From an uncultured Acidobacteriota bacterium (GTDB lineage: Bacteria; Acidobacteriota; Blastocatellia; RBC074), in the NCBI GenBank assembly GCA_963743425.1, contig CAVUPU010000001.1:32150-96149 (forward strand): a stretch of DNA of 64,000 nucleotides, given 5' to 3'. The position numbers and the translations under genes are program-made. Each line of letters opens with the position of its first letter. Within the stretch, counting starts at the first letter, position 1. Shown here one piece after another: positions 41,501 through 51,439 of this stretch. The notes beneath the pieces were generated by a model. It worked only from the letters and a program-made list of their open reading frames with translations, made no database searches and had not been told where the DNA came from.

Positions 41501-43346
41501 GCTCTCGCTCATCAATCCGAAATCGTGAATCCAGACCGGCTCGGTTTCCTCGATTTCGAGATGATAGGGACGTTCGTCCAGCACTTTCAGCCCCATGCAT
41601 TCGAGCATCGGCAGGCTGTCGGAGAGCATGACAGGCTTGCCCTTGTGAACGAGCTTGAAGCGGAGCGTGCGCGGCGCGGCTTCGAGCGGACGATAGAGCG
41701 AGAGCGCGAACGGCTCGCCCGCCACCACGCGCTCGGCGCGTTCGCAATCGGGCACGGCGCTGCGCGCCGCGAAGTCCTCGCGGTAGGCGGCGGGGAAGGC
41801 CGCCCCGAAGCTATGGAAAAGCTCGTTGCCACGCGCTTCGCCTAGCGCCTCAACCAACGCCCGCCTCAGGTCGTCCTCCCACCGGCGCGCCGACGCGATC
41901 AGACGCCGCTCGATGTCGGCCACGTCGAATTCCGGAATGCCGCCGGGCCTGGCGCGGACCGTGATCAGGATGCGGACCAGCAGAGATTCGGAGAAGAAGA
42001 CATTGAAGTCGGAGCTGACGCCGTTGAACGCCTCTTCGAGTAGCTTCCGCCACCGCTGTCGCAACTCGGTCGTGTAATTTTCGCGCGGTGAGTAGATCAG
42101 GCAGGAGATGAAGCGGTCGAACGGATCGCGCCGCACGAAGAGACGGAACCGCTGCCGCGCGCCCAGATGCAGGATTCCCATCACCGTCTCCAGCAGCTCC
42201 GTCTCGCCGATCTGGAACAGCTCGTCGCGCGGGTAGGTCTCGATGATATCGAGCAGCGTCTTGCCGGTGTGGCCGCCGGGCGGAATGCCGGTGCGATGGA
42301 TGACATTGGCCGTCTTTCGCCGCAGCAGCGGAATCTCTGACGGTTTGGCGCTATAGGCGGTCGAAGTGAACAACCCGAGAAAGCGATGCTCTCCGCAAAC
42401 CTCGCCACGCTCGTTGAAGCGTTTGACGCCGATGTAATCGAGGTAGCCGGGGCGGTGCACGGTCGAGCGCGAGTTGGCCTTGGTGATGTAGAGGAGCCTC
42501 GGTAGACGGGCGAAGGCTCGCACATTCGACGGCAGCACCGAGGCGCTCGGAACCGCCGCTTTTCCGTCTACCTCGCGCAGGATGCCCAGCCCGGAGTTCT
42601 GCACGACGCGCAGCGCCTCTTCGCCCTCGACCCCGGTCAGGTCATAGCAGCGGTAGCCGAGGAAAGTGAAATGATGGTCGGCGAGCCATCGCAGAAACGC
42701 CTTGCCTTCGAGCAGTTCATCGGGGGATAAAGGAGGGCGCGTCCGTTCGATCTCGACGATCGCATGCTTCGACCTGCGCCAGCATCTTTTTCCAGTCGGT
42801 CACGGCGCGCCGCACGTCTCTCAGCACTCGCGTCAGATCGGTGGTGAGCGCCGCGATCTTATCCGGCGAGACGACCCGATCAATCTCGACGTGCATAAGC
42901 GACTCAGGGCTGACTCCCTCCTCGGCCGCCGCAGGTATCTCCACGATCTCTCCATCGTCCTGCCGGCGCGCCATCATAATCGGATGGATGATCAGGTGAA
43001 GCGTCAGCCCGTGCCTGTTCACCTCCATCGTCACCGAATCAACCAGGAACGGCATGTCGTCGTTGACGACCTCGATCACCGTGTGCGTCGATTGCCAGCC
43101 GTGCTCTTCGACCGTCGGGTTGAAGACGCGCAGCTTCGACTTGCCAGTCTCACGCTTGCGCGCGAAATTCCAGTGCGAGAGCGCGGCGCCGTAAAGGTCG
43201 TCCACCCGCCGCTCCATTAAATCCTCCGGGGCGACCTGCCGGAAATACGCGTTCACGAATCGCTCAATGGCGTCGCGCTTTTCGGGCGCCGCCTTCGCGC
43301 GCACCAGCGCGAGAACCTCTTCCATTCTTTCGGCTTTCTCCATCAT
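38540..43346 (-). CDS. gdh: NAD-specific glutamate dehydrogenase, large (~1600-aa) Bac_GDH family; frame break between 42605 and 42716
   Basis: ORFs 42717-43346 (N-terminus, MMEKAERMEEVLALV...) and 38540-42604 together make ~1602 aa. The sequence runs through the family's catalytic core. Confidence 0.85.
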
Positions 43347-43685
43347 CGTGTCTACTCCTCATATGACTATACCGCTAACGATCATAAATTGAGCTATCCC
43401 GGATGACTTTGTAGGCTTCCCTTTGTCTCCATAAAAGTCGGCCCATAAGGACATCCTGAAAAACTCAATTTGCGCCCATGTGAGGTTTTTGCGCACCCTA
43501 CATAAATCCGCGCCGCGTATTGTCCATTGAATGATCCGATGGTAAAAGGTCAATTGAAAAAATTCGCTCCCCCTTTCAACGAATTTAGCCGGTATTGACG
43601 CTCTGATAAAAATAGATCGAAACCTTCCCTCAGCTCGTATCACATACCGGCCAGGTAGTATTGCGAATTCTGAAGACCGGTCAAT

Positions 43686-46130
43686 ATGCGAGTTATACTG
43701 CTTTTCCTGTTTTTACCTTTCGGTCCGCTTGTCGCGGCGCAGGATGCGCCTTTGCCCACGCCTTTAAAAGACGGCGCGAAACCTTCCGTCGGGAAGCGCG
43801 AGGTCGCGCTGCCGCCCGAGAAGGCGACGCCAGTTCGCATCGCACGCTTCGCCTCGGCGCCAACGATTGATGGCCGGCTCGATGATGCGGTTTGGAAGGA
43901 GGCCGCCGTCCTCAAGGATTTCTACCAGGTCGAGCCCGGCGACAACATCGCCCCATCTAAACCCTGCGAGGTTCTGCTCGGCTATGACGCCAGGCATTTT
44001 TATATCGGATTTCGCGCGCCCGACGAGCCGGGCCAAGTGCGCGCGACCGTGGCCAAACGCGATCAAATCTGGGAAGACGACAGGGTCGGCGTCTATCTGG
44101 ACACGTTCAACGACCGGCGACGGGCCTATGCGCTCTTCTTCAACCCGCTCGGCGTGCAAGCCGATGGCGTCCTCACTGAAGGCAGGGGAGAGGATTACAG
44201 CATTGACATCGTGATGGAATCGAAGGGCGTGGTTACGGACGAAGGCTACACGGTCGAGGTCGCCATCCCGTTCAAATCGCTGCGCTACGAGGCGGGCAAG
44301 GGGAAGCTGTGGGGCGCGCATTTCATACGCCAGATCAAACGGCTCAACAACGAGGTGAATTCGTGGATGCCGATCTCGCGCGATAAATCCGGCAGGCTCA
44401 ACCAGACCGGACATCTGACCGGCCTGGAAGATATCTCCACCGAGCGCACGCTCGAACTGATTCCGAGCCTGGCGCTCTCGGAAACCGGCAGGCGTGTGCG
44501 GGCGCTTCCTCTCGCGCCGCCCGATGTTCCAACGCCACTCGATCCCGGCCGCCTGGTCAATCAACCAGTGCAACTCGATCCCGGATTGACGATGAAGTTC
44601 TCTCTGACGCCGGCCATCACGCTCGACGCCGCGATCAATCCCGACTTCGCGCAGGTCGAAGCCGACCAGACGGTGGTCACGGCCAACCAACGCTTCCCGA
44701 TATTTTTTGAAGAGAAGCGGCCATTCTTTTTTGAAGGCGCGGATATTTTTCAAACGCGGCTGCAAGCCATCCACACGCGTTCGATTGTTGATCCCGATTA
44801 CGCGCTCAAGCTGACGGGGCGTCGCGGGCGCAACACTTTCGGGATGCTGCTGGCTTCGGACAACGCGCCAGGCAATTTCAGCGAGGACGAACGTCGTGAT
44901 CCGAACAACGAGAAGTTTCTGGACAAGAACGCTTACGTCGGCATCCTGCGCCTCAAGCGCGACATCGGCAGTGAATCGAACATCGGATTGATCGCCACCA
45001 GCTACAACTTCATCGAGAAGCGCAACCAGTTGGGAGGCTTTGATGGCCGGTTCCGGCTCGATCCTAAGACGACCTTCAGCTTTGAGGTCCTCGGCTCGCA
45101 TTCGCGGAAAATCTTCTTCGATCCGGATCAGGGAAAAGACCTCTACCGGACAGGCAATGGGTTTGGTTACGACTTGAACCTGGATATGTCGGGACGGCAT
45201 TTCGGCTATTTTCTTTTCTCGACAGGCAGGACACGGGATTACCGCGCGGACCTCGGTTTCACGCGCCGTACCAACACCAACCAATCGGGCTTGTTTGCCC
45301 GCTACAATTCCGAGCCGAAGCCGAAAGCCAAGCTCATCTCCTGGCGTGTGTCCCAATTCAGCGGCGCGAATTACGACTTCCAGGGGCGGTTGCAGAGTTG
45401 GAACATCGAGCCTTCCGCCGGATTGCAGTTCAAACGCCAGACTTTTTGGGGCTTCGGTAGCTTCGCGGGTTATGAACGAATCTTTGAAGAAGAGTTCGGA
45501 GCGAAGCGCGCGGTAGACCGTCCGGGAGCTTTCTCCGGCCCCGACCCCGAGCGTTCGACTTATAACAAAGGGCTCTTCAGTTTCATCGAAATGGAACCAA
45601 GCAAGAAATTTTCGATCTTCATGTTCGGCGTCTATCGCTGGAACGAATTCGATTTCGACTTCGGCGCGGGCAAACGATATCCGCGAGTCAGCCCTGCGGC
45701 TCTCGCCGACCCCGACGCCCCGCTCGATCCCGGTCCCGGAACCGGGATGACTGTGGAAGGGAATTTCATTTACAAGCCGACCGCTGCGCTGCGGCTTTCG
45801 CTCAACTATACGAAGAGCCGTTTGCGGCGCAATGACACTGGGCGCGTGGCCTTCAACGATAACATCTATTCGTGGCGGACGACCTATCAATTCACGCGGT
45901 TCCTGTTCGCGCGGGCAAGAGTTGATTACTCCACATTGAGATCGAATGTTAGCGGACAGTTCCTGCTCGGATGGGCGCCGAATCCGGGCACGTCATTCTA
46001 CGTCGGCTACAACGACGATCTGACTCGCAACGGACACAGCCCGTTCACCGGCCAATTCGAACCCGGCTTCAGGCGCAACGGCCGCACATTCTTCATCAAA
46101 ATGTCCTACCTCATCCGGCGCAGCTTTTGA
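43686..46130 (+). CDS. DUF5916/CBM9-like domain outer-membrane protein
   Basis: Signal peptide. TIDGRLDDAVWKEAAVLKDFYQVEP (CBM9-like). Long beta-rich C-terminus ending in ...IRRSF with a terminal Phe. Confidence 0.6.
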   Translation: MRVILLFLFLPFGPLVAAQDAPLPTPLKDGAKPSVGKREVALPPEKATPVRIARFASAPTIDGRLDDAVWKEAAVLKDFYQVEPGDNIAPSKPCEVLLGYDARHFYIGFRAPDEPGQVRATVAKRDQIWEDDRVGVYLDTFNDRRRAYALFFNPLGVQADGVLTEGRGEDYSIDIVMESKGVVTDEGYTVEVAIPFKSLRYEAGKGKLWGAHFIRQIKRLNNEVNSWMPISRDKSGRLNQTGHLTGLEDISTERTLELIPSLALSETGRRVRALPLAPPDVPTPLDPGRLVNQPVQLDPGLTMKFSLTPAITLDAAINPDFAQVEADQTVVTANQRFPIFFEEKRPFFFEGADIFQTRLQAIHTRSIVDPDYALKLTGRRGRNTFGMLLASDNAPGNFSEDERRDPNNEKFLDKNAYVGILRLKRDIGSESNIGLIATSYNFIEKRNQLGGFDGRFRLDPKTTFSFEVLGSHSRKIFFDPDQGKDLYRTGNGFGYDLNLDMSGRHFGYFLFSTGRTRDYRADLGFTRRTNTNQSGLFARYNSEPKPKAKLISWRVSQFSGANYDFQGRLQSWNIEPSAGLQFKRQTFWGFGSFAGYERIFEEEFGAKRAVDRPGAFSGPDPERSTYNKGLFSFIEMEPSKKFSIFMFGVYRWNEFDFDFGAGKRYPRVSPAALADPDAPLDPGPGTGMTVEGNFIYKPTAALRLSLNYTKSRLRRNDTGRVAFNDNIYSWRTTYQFTRFLFARARVDYSTLRSNVSGQFLLGWAPNPGTSFYVGYNDDLTRNGHSPFTGQFEPGFRRNGRTFFIKMSYLIRRSF

Positions 46131-46132
46131 GC

Positions 46133-46211
46133 CAGTACCGCGAGCGGTAGCGAGCGAGGCTGCCCGAGTAATCATTAGCGGGAGCCTCGCTCGCTACCGC
46201 TCGCGGTACTG
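46133..46211. terminator. GTAC-type perfect hairpin (CCAGTACCGCGAGCGGTAGCGAGCGAGGCTCCCGC...) between convergent genes; probable bidirectional terminator
   Basis: Direct reading. No U-tract. Confidence 0.6.
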
Positions 46212-46212
46212 A

Positions 46213-48150
46213 TTAGGGACGAGAAGGTTTAGCGAACCGGGCGTCGTCAATCTCCGCGTTGGTCTTCACCTCGGTGATTTTGATGATCGTCTCGCCCACC
46301 GGCGTCTTTTGCGTCCATTGAAACGCGGTCTTCACGCCGTCAACCTCGCGGTAATCCGTGTAGAGAGTCTCGGTGGGAATTTTTCCCTGTGGCCCTTCAT
46401 CAACCGCATCGGCGCGCAGCAGCAGAAACGTCGCGGCGTCATAATATCTGGTCACGGATGTCCCATCCTTGCCCGTCAGTCGAATGACGTAAGCATCCCG
46501 CTCGCCGACTTTCTCCCTTCCCGTCAGTTCCGCCTTGATAAACAACTCGCGCCACTTCAGTTCGGGATTGAAAACGGATTGGTATTTGATCTTTTCCAAT
46601 TCATCGCCTTCGAGCGTGCGCAGCCCCTGATACGGGTCCTGGATCCATCCGGTTTTGCCATCGAAGCCCTGTTTGATCACGCCGACTTTATCGATGGTTG
46701 TGACAGTCAGCAGCTTGTCCGGCGCTTTGCCGCAGACTTCGAGAGCGCCTTGAACGTTTCGCCCCTGCATTTCGAGAGTCGCTTTGAGGCAATAGCTTGC
46801 GCCCTTCTCAATCGCCTTGCGCCCGCCGATGGCTGCGATGTTCTTCTCCAAAATCTCTTCAGCCGTGATCTGTTGTCGTTGCGCTTGAATCATCGAAACG
46901 GCTTTTTCGATGACCGGGTCGCGCCCCGCGAGCAAATCGCGGCGTGTGATTTCAACGGGCGCGTCGGGCTGCGCGCCACGGCCTTCGAGGACGAAACCTT
47001 TGGGCGTGCGGTATTCCCCAATGGCGTATTGCAGTCGAGCGCCGGTCGGGAGCTTTTCAATCACGGACGGCAGCGCCGCGCCGATGGTTGGACGCCCGAC
47101 GATCTTCGCCTTGCCATTCTCCTGCATTGCGGCGGCGAAGGTTTCAGCGGCGCTCAATGTGCCTTCGTCAGTGAGGATGACCAGCGGGCCGGTGTAGACT
47201 TCGGGGCTGGGAAAGACCGGGCGGTAGAGTTCGCCATGTCGCAGTCTGGTTACGCCCAGCGAGGAGCGCTCGGTGTAGAACAACCCGGCCATCGCTGTTG
47301 TTACTGGGATCTCGCCGCCGGAGGCGCCTCGCAGATCGAGGATGATTCCGGGCGCGTCCTGAAAGGACTTCACCGCCTGGCGAAGCTGATCCAGCATCGG
47401 CAGGAGAAACAGGTTGAAGCGTAGATAGCCGATTGCGCCCGCGAGGCGTCCGGTCTCGATCCGGCCGAGAGGAGTCGGGAGATCGCCAAACTTGATGACC
47501 TGGCCATCGGGCATTCGGCGGACCAGAGTCGTCGCGCGAGGCGCGTCATTCTCGTCCAGATAACGCAGGCTAACGGTTGTCCCGGCTTCTCCCCGCAAGC
47601 GCGACCGTGTAGCCCGCAATAACAGTGATTGTTCCATGACCGGGCGCTCTTTGCGGGCTGCGATCTTCCGCTGCAAATCGTCCAGCGATTCGGCGTCGAT
47701 GTGCGTGACAATGAAGCCCGGACGGAGTCCGGCGGCGAATGCGGTTGAATCGCGTTCCACTCTTGTGATTGTCGGGCGACCTTCGATCATCTGCGCCGTG
47801 ACGCCCACTTCCGCGCGTGATGATTTGCCGTCGCCTTTCTCGTCAAGCGCGAAGAAAGACGGCGGGATGACTGCGAAGTGCGATTGCTTCAACTCGCCCA
47901 GCATGGCGTTGAGCAGTTTGTAGAATTCATCGTCGCTTCCCGCATCCGCGACGCGCGGCGCGTACCGCCGGCGCACGGCCTCCCAATCCACGCCGTTGAG
48001 TTTCGGGTCAAAGTGCTTCTGCTTCACCGTGCCCCACACGATTTCAAAGGTCTGCCGCCGCAGTTCGACGATTGGCTGCTGCGCAAGCGCAACCTGAGCG
48101 AACAGCGCCAGCGTGGCGAATGCGTGAAGAAATCTGTCATGAATTTTCAT
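46213..48150 (-). CDS. S41-family peptidase (C-terminal processing/tricorn-core-like) with a C-terminal extra domain, secreted
   Basis: Signal peptide. PDZ-like region. DLRGASGGE catalytic Ser motif region. Confidence 0.75.
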   Translation of the reverse strand: MKIHDRFLHAFATLALFAQVALAQQPIVELRRQTFEIVWGTVKQKHFDPKLNGVDWEAVRRRYAPRVADAGSDDEFYKLLNAMLGELKQSHFAVIPPSFFALDEKGDGKSSRAEVGVTAQMIEGRPTITRVERDSTAFAAGLRPGFIVTHIDAESLDDLQRKIAARKERPVMEQSLLLRATRSRLRGEAGTTVSLRYLDENDAPRATTLVRRMPDGQVIKFGDLPTPLGRIETGRLAGAIGYLRFNLFLLPMLDQLRQAVKSFQDAPGIILDLRGASGGEIPVTTAMAGLFYTERSSLGVTRLRHGELYRPVFPSPEVYTGPLVILTDEGTLSAAETFAAAMQENGKAKIVGRPTIGAALPSVIEKLPTGARLQYAIGEYRTPKGFVLEGRGAQPDAPVEITRRDLLAGRDPVIEKAVSMIQAQRQQITAEEILEKNIAAIGGRKAIEKGASYCLKATLEMQGRNVQGALEVCGKAPDKLLTVTTIDKVGVIKQGFDGKTGWIQDPYQGLRTLEGDELEKIKYQSVFNPELKWRELFIKAELTGREKVGERDAYVIRLTGKDGTSVTRYYDAATFLLLRADAVDEGPQGKIPTETLYTDYREVDGVKTAFQWTQKTPVGETIIKITEVKTNAEIDDARFAKPSRP

Positions 48151-48282
48151 AAGTTGAATCTCCCGGCCTGCCTGTATTCGAGACAGACCTCTCCTGCGCA
48201 GGAGCGCAATTGATTGCGGCCCCTGCCGGAGATATGTTGCTATTTTGGGGATTGCCCGGTTGCGATTATTGTCGATGCAACG

Positions 48283-48501
48283 TTAGCCGCTGTCGCCGGG
48301 CGCTTCGTCTTCGTCGAGTGTAAAGATGTCTTCGATCCTCATGTTGACCAGCCGCGCGATCTTGAAGGCCAGCGGCAGGCTCGGATCGTATTTTTCGGTC
48401 TCGACGGCATTGATGGTCTGCCGCGACACGCCGAGCTTTTCGGCCAGATCAGCTTGCGACCAATTGCGTTCGGCGCGGATCACGCGAAGCCGGTTTTTCA
48501 T
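48283..48501 (-). CDS. XRE-family HTH transcriptional regulator (~72 aa)
   Basis: MKNRLRVIRAERNWSQADLAEKLGVSRQTINAVE. Its start overlaps the upstream gene's stop (ATGA). Confidence 0.7.
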   Translation of the reverse strand: MKNRLRVIRAERNWSQADLAEKLGVSRQTINAVETEKYDPSLPLAFKIARLVNMRIEDIFTLDEDEAPGDSG

Positions 48502-48884
48502 CGATAGCGCCTCCACGCAATGGCGAAGCCGAGTGGCCATAAGATCATCATCATCATCAGAACGTAATCGGGCTTGAGCATCGAGATAAAACCGGCCTTG
48601 CGCAGATACTCACACGCGAAAATCGCCACCGCCAGCCCGGAAAAGGCAAAGGCCAGCGCTTCCAGGTGAATGCGCCTCTGCAATTCATCGAGCTGTTGAA
48701 TCAATCGGAAGTAGGTGATGAGGGTGAAGATCCAGGCGGCCACCGGCGCCAACGCCAGAGCGAGTCGCGAGGCCGGGCCAAGCTCCTGCGTCTCCAATAG
48801 CCACGAAACGACGATAATGCTAAGGATCAAAGCGATCACGGCAACTAAAACATTTGTGCCTGGATTGACTGATTTCTGTGACAT
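48498..48884 (-). CDS. small membrane protein (4 predicted TM helices), translationally coupled to the XRE regulator
   Basis: Hydrophobic segments. ATGA overlap with the XRE gene. Confidence 0.5.
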   Translation of the reverse strand: MSQKSVNPGTNVLVAVIALILSIIVVSWLLETQELGPASRLALALAPVAAWIFTLITYFRLIQQLDELQRRIHLEALAFAFSGLAVAIFACEYLRKAGFISMLKPDYVLMMMMILWPLGFAIAWRRYR

Positions 48885-49204
48885 AACGCGCTCCTCTCAT
48901 ATTCGATTACGAATTCAATTTTCCTCTAACTCAACCTGATGGCAAGTGTACGGAGTCATTGTCGTGATGTCAAGTATATTTTACAAATAGTATGGTGTGC
49001 TTGATAGAAAATCAATGATATTTGACAGTTTTTGGAGAACTAGCGAACTCCCGGCCTTCGCGAATGATCGCGACGCTGTTGGGCGCCTTCGTTCTGCTTG
49101 GTCTTGCGCTGGCGTCGGTCGGGATTTATGGCGTGGTGTCGTACTCGGTCACGCGGCGCACGTATGAGATCGGTGTACGTCCTGAACGACTCCTAAATCT
49201 TTAG

Positions 49205-49250
49205 TTGACACTTCCTCCTCAATCGCCATATACTCCTAACAACTTAGGAG
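49205..49250 (+). promoter_or_regulatory. blaI promoter (TTGACA-18 nt-TATACT) with operator-like palindrome CTCCTAA-CAAC-TTAGGAG overlapping the -10 and RBS
   Basis: -35 at 49205-49210, -10 at 49229-49234, inverted repeat at 49233-49250. Confidence 0.5.
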
Positions 49251-49257
49251 GGAACTT

Positions 49258-49650
49258 ATGACCCGACGTAAAACCGAGCGACTGACTCCCCTGGAGCTTG
49301 AAATCATGCAAGTCCTCTGGGAAACGGGCGCAGCCAATGTGCAGACCGTACAGCAGCAGCTCAAACGGGAATTGGCTTACACCACAGTGCAGACCATGCT
49401 CAACATCCTGCACCGCAAGGGGAAGGTCAAACGCGCGCTGAAAGACCGCGCTTATTTCTACAGGCCGGCTGTCAGCCGCAAGCAGGTTGTCAGACATGCC
49501 GTCAACGACCTGGTTGAGCATCTCTTCGGAGGTTCGGTGGAAAGTCTGGTGATGAGCCTGGTGGAAACCAGGCATCTCACTCCCGAGAAAATGAACCGGC
49601 TGAATACGCTCTTGAAAGAGGCCGAGGAGGAGAGCGATGCGGACAATTAG
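49258..49650 (+). CDS. BlaI/MecI/CopY-family winged-helix repressor
   Basis: LTPLELEIMQVLWETGAANVQTV...TVQTMLNILHRKG. 130 aa. Overlaps the downstream M56 gene. Confidence 0.85.
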   Translation: MTRRKTERLTPLELEIMQVLWETGAANVQTVQQQLKRELAYTTVQTMLNILHRKGKVKRALKDRAYFYRPAVSRKQVVRHAVNDLVEHLFGGSVESLVMSLVETRHLTPEKMNRLNTLLKEAEEESDADN

Positions 49651-51337
49651 TCAGCTACTGTTGACCTTTCTATTGAACGCCTGCTGGCAGATCGCCCTGA
49701 TCACAGCAATCGCCGCCTTCTGCGCCTGGTTGCTGCGCGTGACGACGGCCCGCTATCAGCACCTGCTCTGGGTGGGCGCTTTAGCCTTCTCTATTGGCCT
49801 GCCAGTTCTGACCTGTTTATCTCTATCAGGCGGCGACGATTCCTCTGAACCGCCGCTGACAATAGTTCAACCAGCCCGTGGAGAGTTCATACCTTCGCCT
49901 CAACTGATCCCGGACATGGCGTCATCGGCGCCTTCATCGCCGCCGACAACTCTGAATGATGCAGCCCCGTTCATCCTGATCAATAGGAATGTGGCTGCCT
50001 TCGTAATCGTCCTTTACCTGCTGTTTCTGTTGTATCGAAGCGGCAAACTATTCATGGCCTGGAGAAGGGCGAGAAGCTTGAAACGTAGCGCCTGCCTGAT
50101 TGATCTCCCAGAGCCCGTCCGGACGGCCATCCGTGAGTGTCAAACGACTCTAGTAGCGCCACGGGTTCGCATTCTGTGCTCGACCTCGATCACCGTCCCG
50201 ATCGCTGTCGGCAGTCTCAAACCGCTGATTATTCTGCCTGAGCCGTTGTTGCGGGAGACTGATCGAAGCGTCCTGACCGCTGCCATCGGACACGAACTCG
50301 TCCACATCAAACGGCGCGACTACTTGCTGAACCTGATCTACGAACTCATTTCTCTGCCGCTCTCGTTTCATCCGGCGACGGCGCTGGTGAAACGCCGGAT
50401 CAGGGAGAGCCGGGAACTGAGCTGTGACGAGCTGGTCACCGAAAAATTGCTGGACGCCGCAGTCTATGCCCGTTCGCTCGTCCATCTGGCCAGTTCGGCA
50501 GTCAATATGAGTCGTCCCAGTACAACCATCACCGTAGGCATCGCCGATGCCGATATTTTGGAGGAACGTGTTATGACCATACTTAGAAGACCAAAGACGA
50601 ATACTCGCCGAAAGAACTTGTTGCTGGTCGCAACTGCGCTCATTTTTGTCGTACCGTGCGTGGCCGCCGCGCCATTCGCCTTCCGCATCGGCGTCAACCC
50701 ACAGCCCCCCGCCGTGTCGCCGGACGACTCCGTCGTGGCGCCGCATGCATCTGTCGTGACAGTTCAACAGGGAGCCAGCCAGAAGGCTAAACAGGATGAG
50801 CGCGCGCGTGAAGACTTGAAGAAGAGGCAGATCAGACAGTTAGAACAGTTAGAGAGGTTGAAGCGCCAAGAAGCGGAGTTGGAACGGCAACTCCTGGAGA
50901 AGATCCCCGACATAAAACAAGAACTGGAAGCCGAACAGAAGGAAGCGCGTCTAATGCAAGAACGTCTAACACAAGAACTGGAAGCCAAACAGAAGCGAGC
51001 GCGTCTAATGCAAGAACGTCTAACACAAGAACTAGAAGCCAAACAGAAAGTAGCGGAAACGCGTGAACAGAAAGAAGCGCGAGAGCGTCTGGTGGCCAAA
51101 CAACAAGCCGAACTGGCCAAAAAGGCGAACATCACGATGCATCAAGCGATTCAGATCGCCGTGAGTAAACAGGCCGGGACGGTGATAGAATGCCATCTGA
51201 TCGAACGGCAGATAGGCGACAAGGATCAGGTCTTTTACAATCTCATAATAGTTTCCGGTGATGAACCGGAGAGCGCCTCGACCCATATGCTAATCAGCGC
51301 AGTGGATGGCCGCGTCGTCGCGACCCGGAAATATTAG
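49637..51337 (+). CDS. BlaR1-like M56 metallopeptidase signal transducer with a coiled-coil linker and a C-terminal PepSY-like domain (no PBP/beta-lactam sensor)
   Basis: HELVHIKRRD (HExxH) within a 4-TM M56 module. Lys/Glu-rich coiled coil. C-terminus MHQAIQIAVSKQAGTVIECHLIERQIGDKDQVFYNLII...DGRVV is PepSY-like. Confidence 0.75.
   Translation: MRTISQLLLTFLLNACWQIALITAIAAFCAWLLRVTTARYQHLLWVGALAFSIGLPVLTCLSLSGGDDSSEPPLTIVQPARGEFIPSPQLIPDMASSAPSSPPTTLNDAAPFILINRNVAAFVIVLYLLFLLYRSGKLFMAWRRARSLKRSACLIDLPEPVRTAIRECQTTLVAPRVRILCSTSITVPIAVGSLKPLIILPEPLLRETDRSVLTAAIGHELVHIKRRDYLLNLIYELISLPLSFHPATALVKRRIRESRELSCDELVTEKLLDAAVYARSLVHLASSAVNMSRPSTTITVGIADADILEERVMTILRRPKTNTRRKNLLLVATALIFVVPCVAAAPFAFRIGVNPQPPAVSPDDSVVAPHASVVTVQQGASQKAKQDERAREDLKKRQIRQLEQLERLKRQEAELERQLLEKIPDIKQELEAEQKEARLMQERLTQELEAKQKRARLMQERLTQELEAKQKVAETREQKEARERLVAKQQAELAKKANITMHQAIQIAVSKQAGTVIECHLIERQIGDKDQVFYNLIIVSGDEPESASTHMLISAVDGRVVATRKY
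50921..51048 (+). repeat. 54-bp in-frame tandem duplication inside the coiled-coil region of the M56 gene
   Basis: Units 50941-50994 and 50995-51048 differ at a few positions. They encode EARLMQERLTQELEAKQK twice. Confidence 0.8.
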
Positions 51338-51439
51338 AAGTGAAGAGCGCATTTCTTGTAACGGCCGGAAGGCGAGCGGTAGCCTTTGGGGCGCGGCGCT
51401 TTGACGCGCTCCAAAGACTTCTCGAAGTTCGATGGGTAT

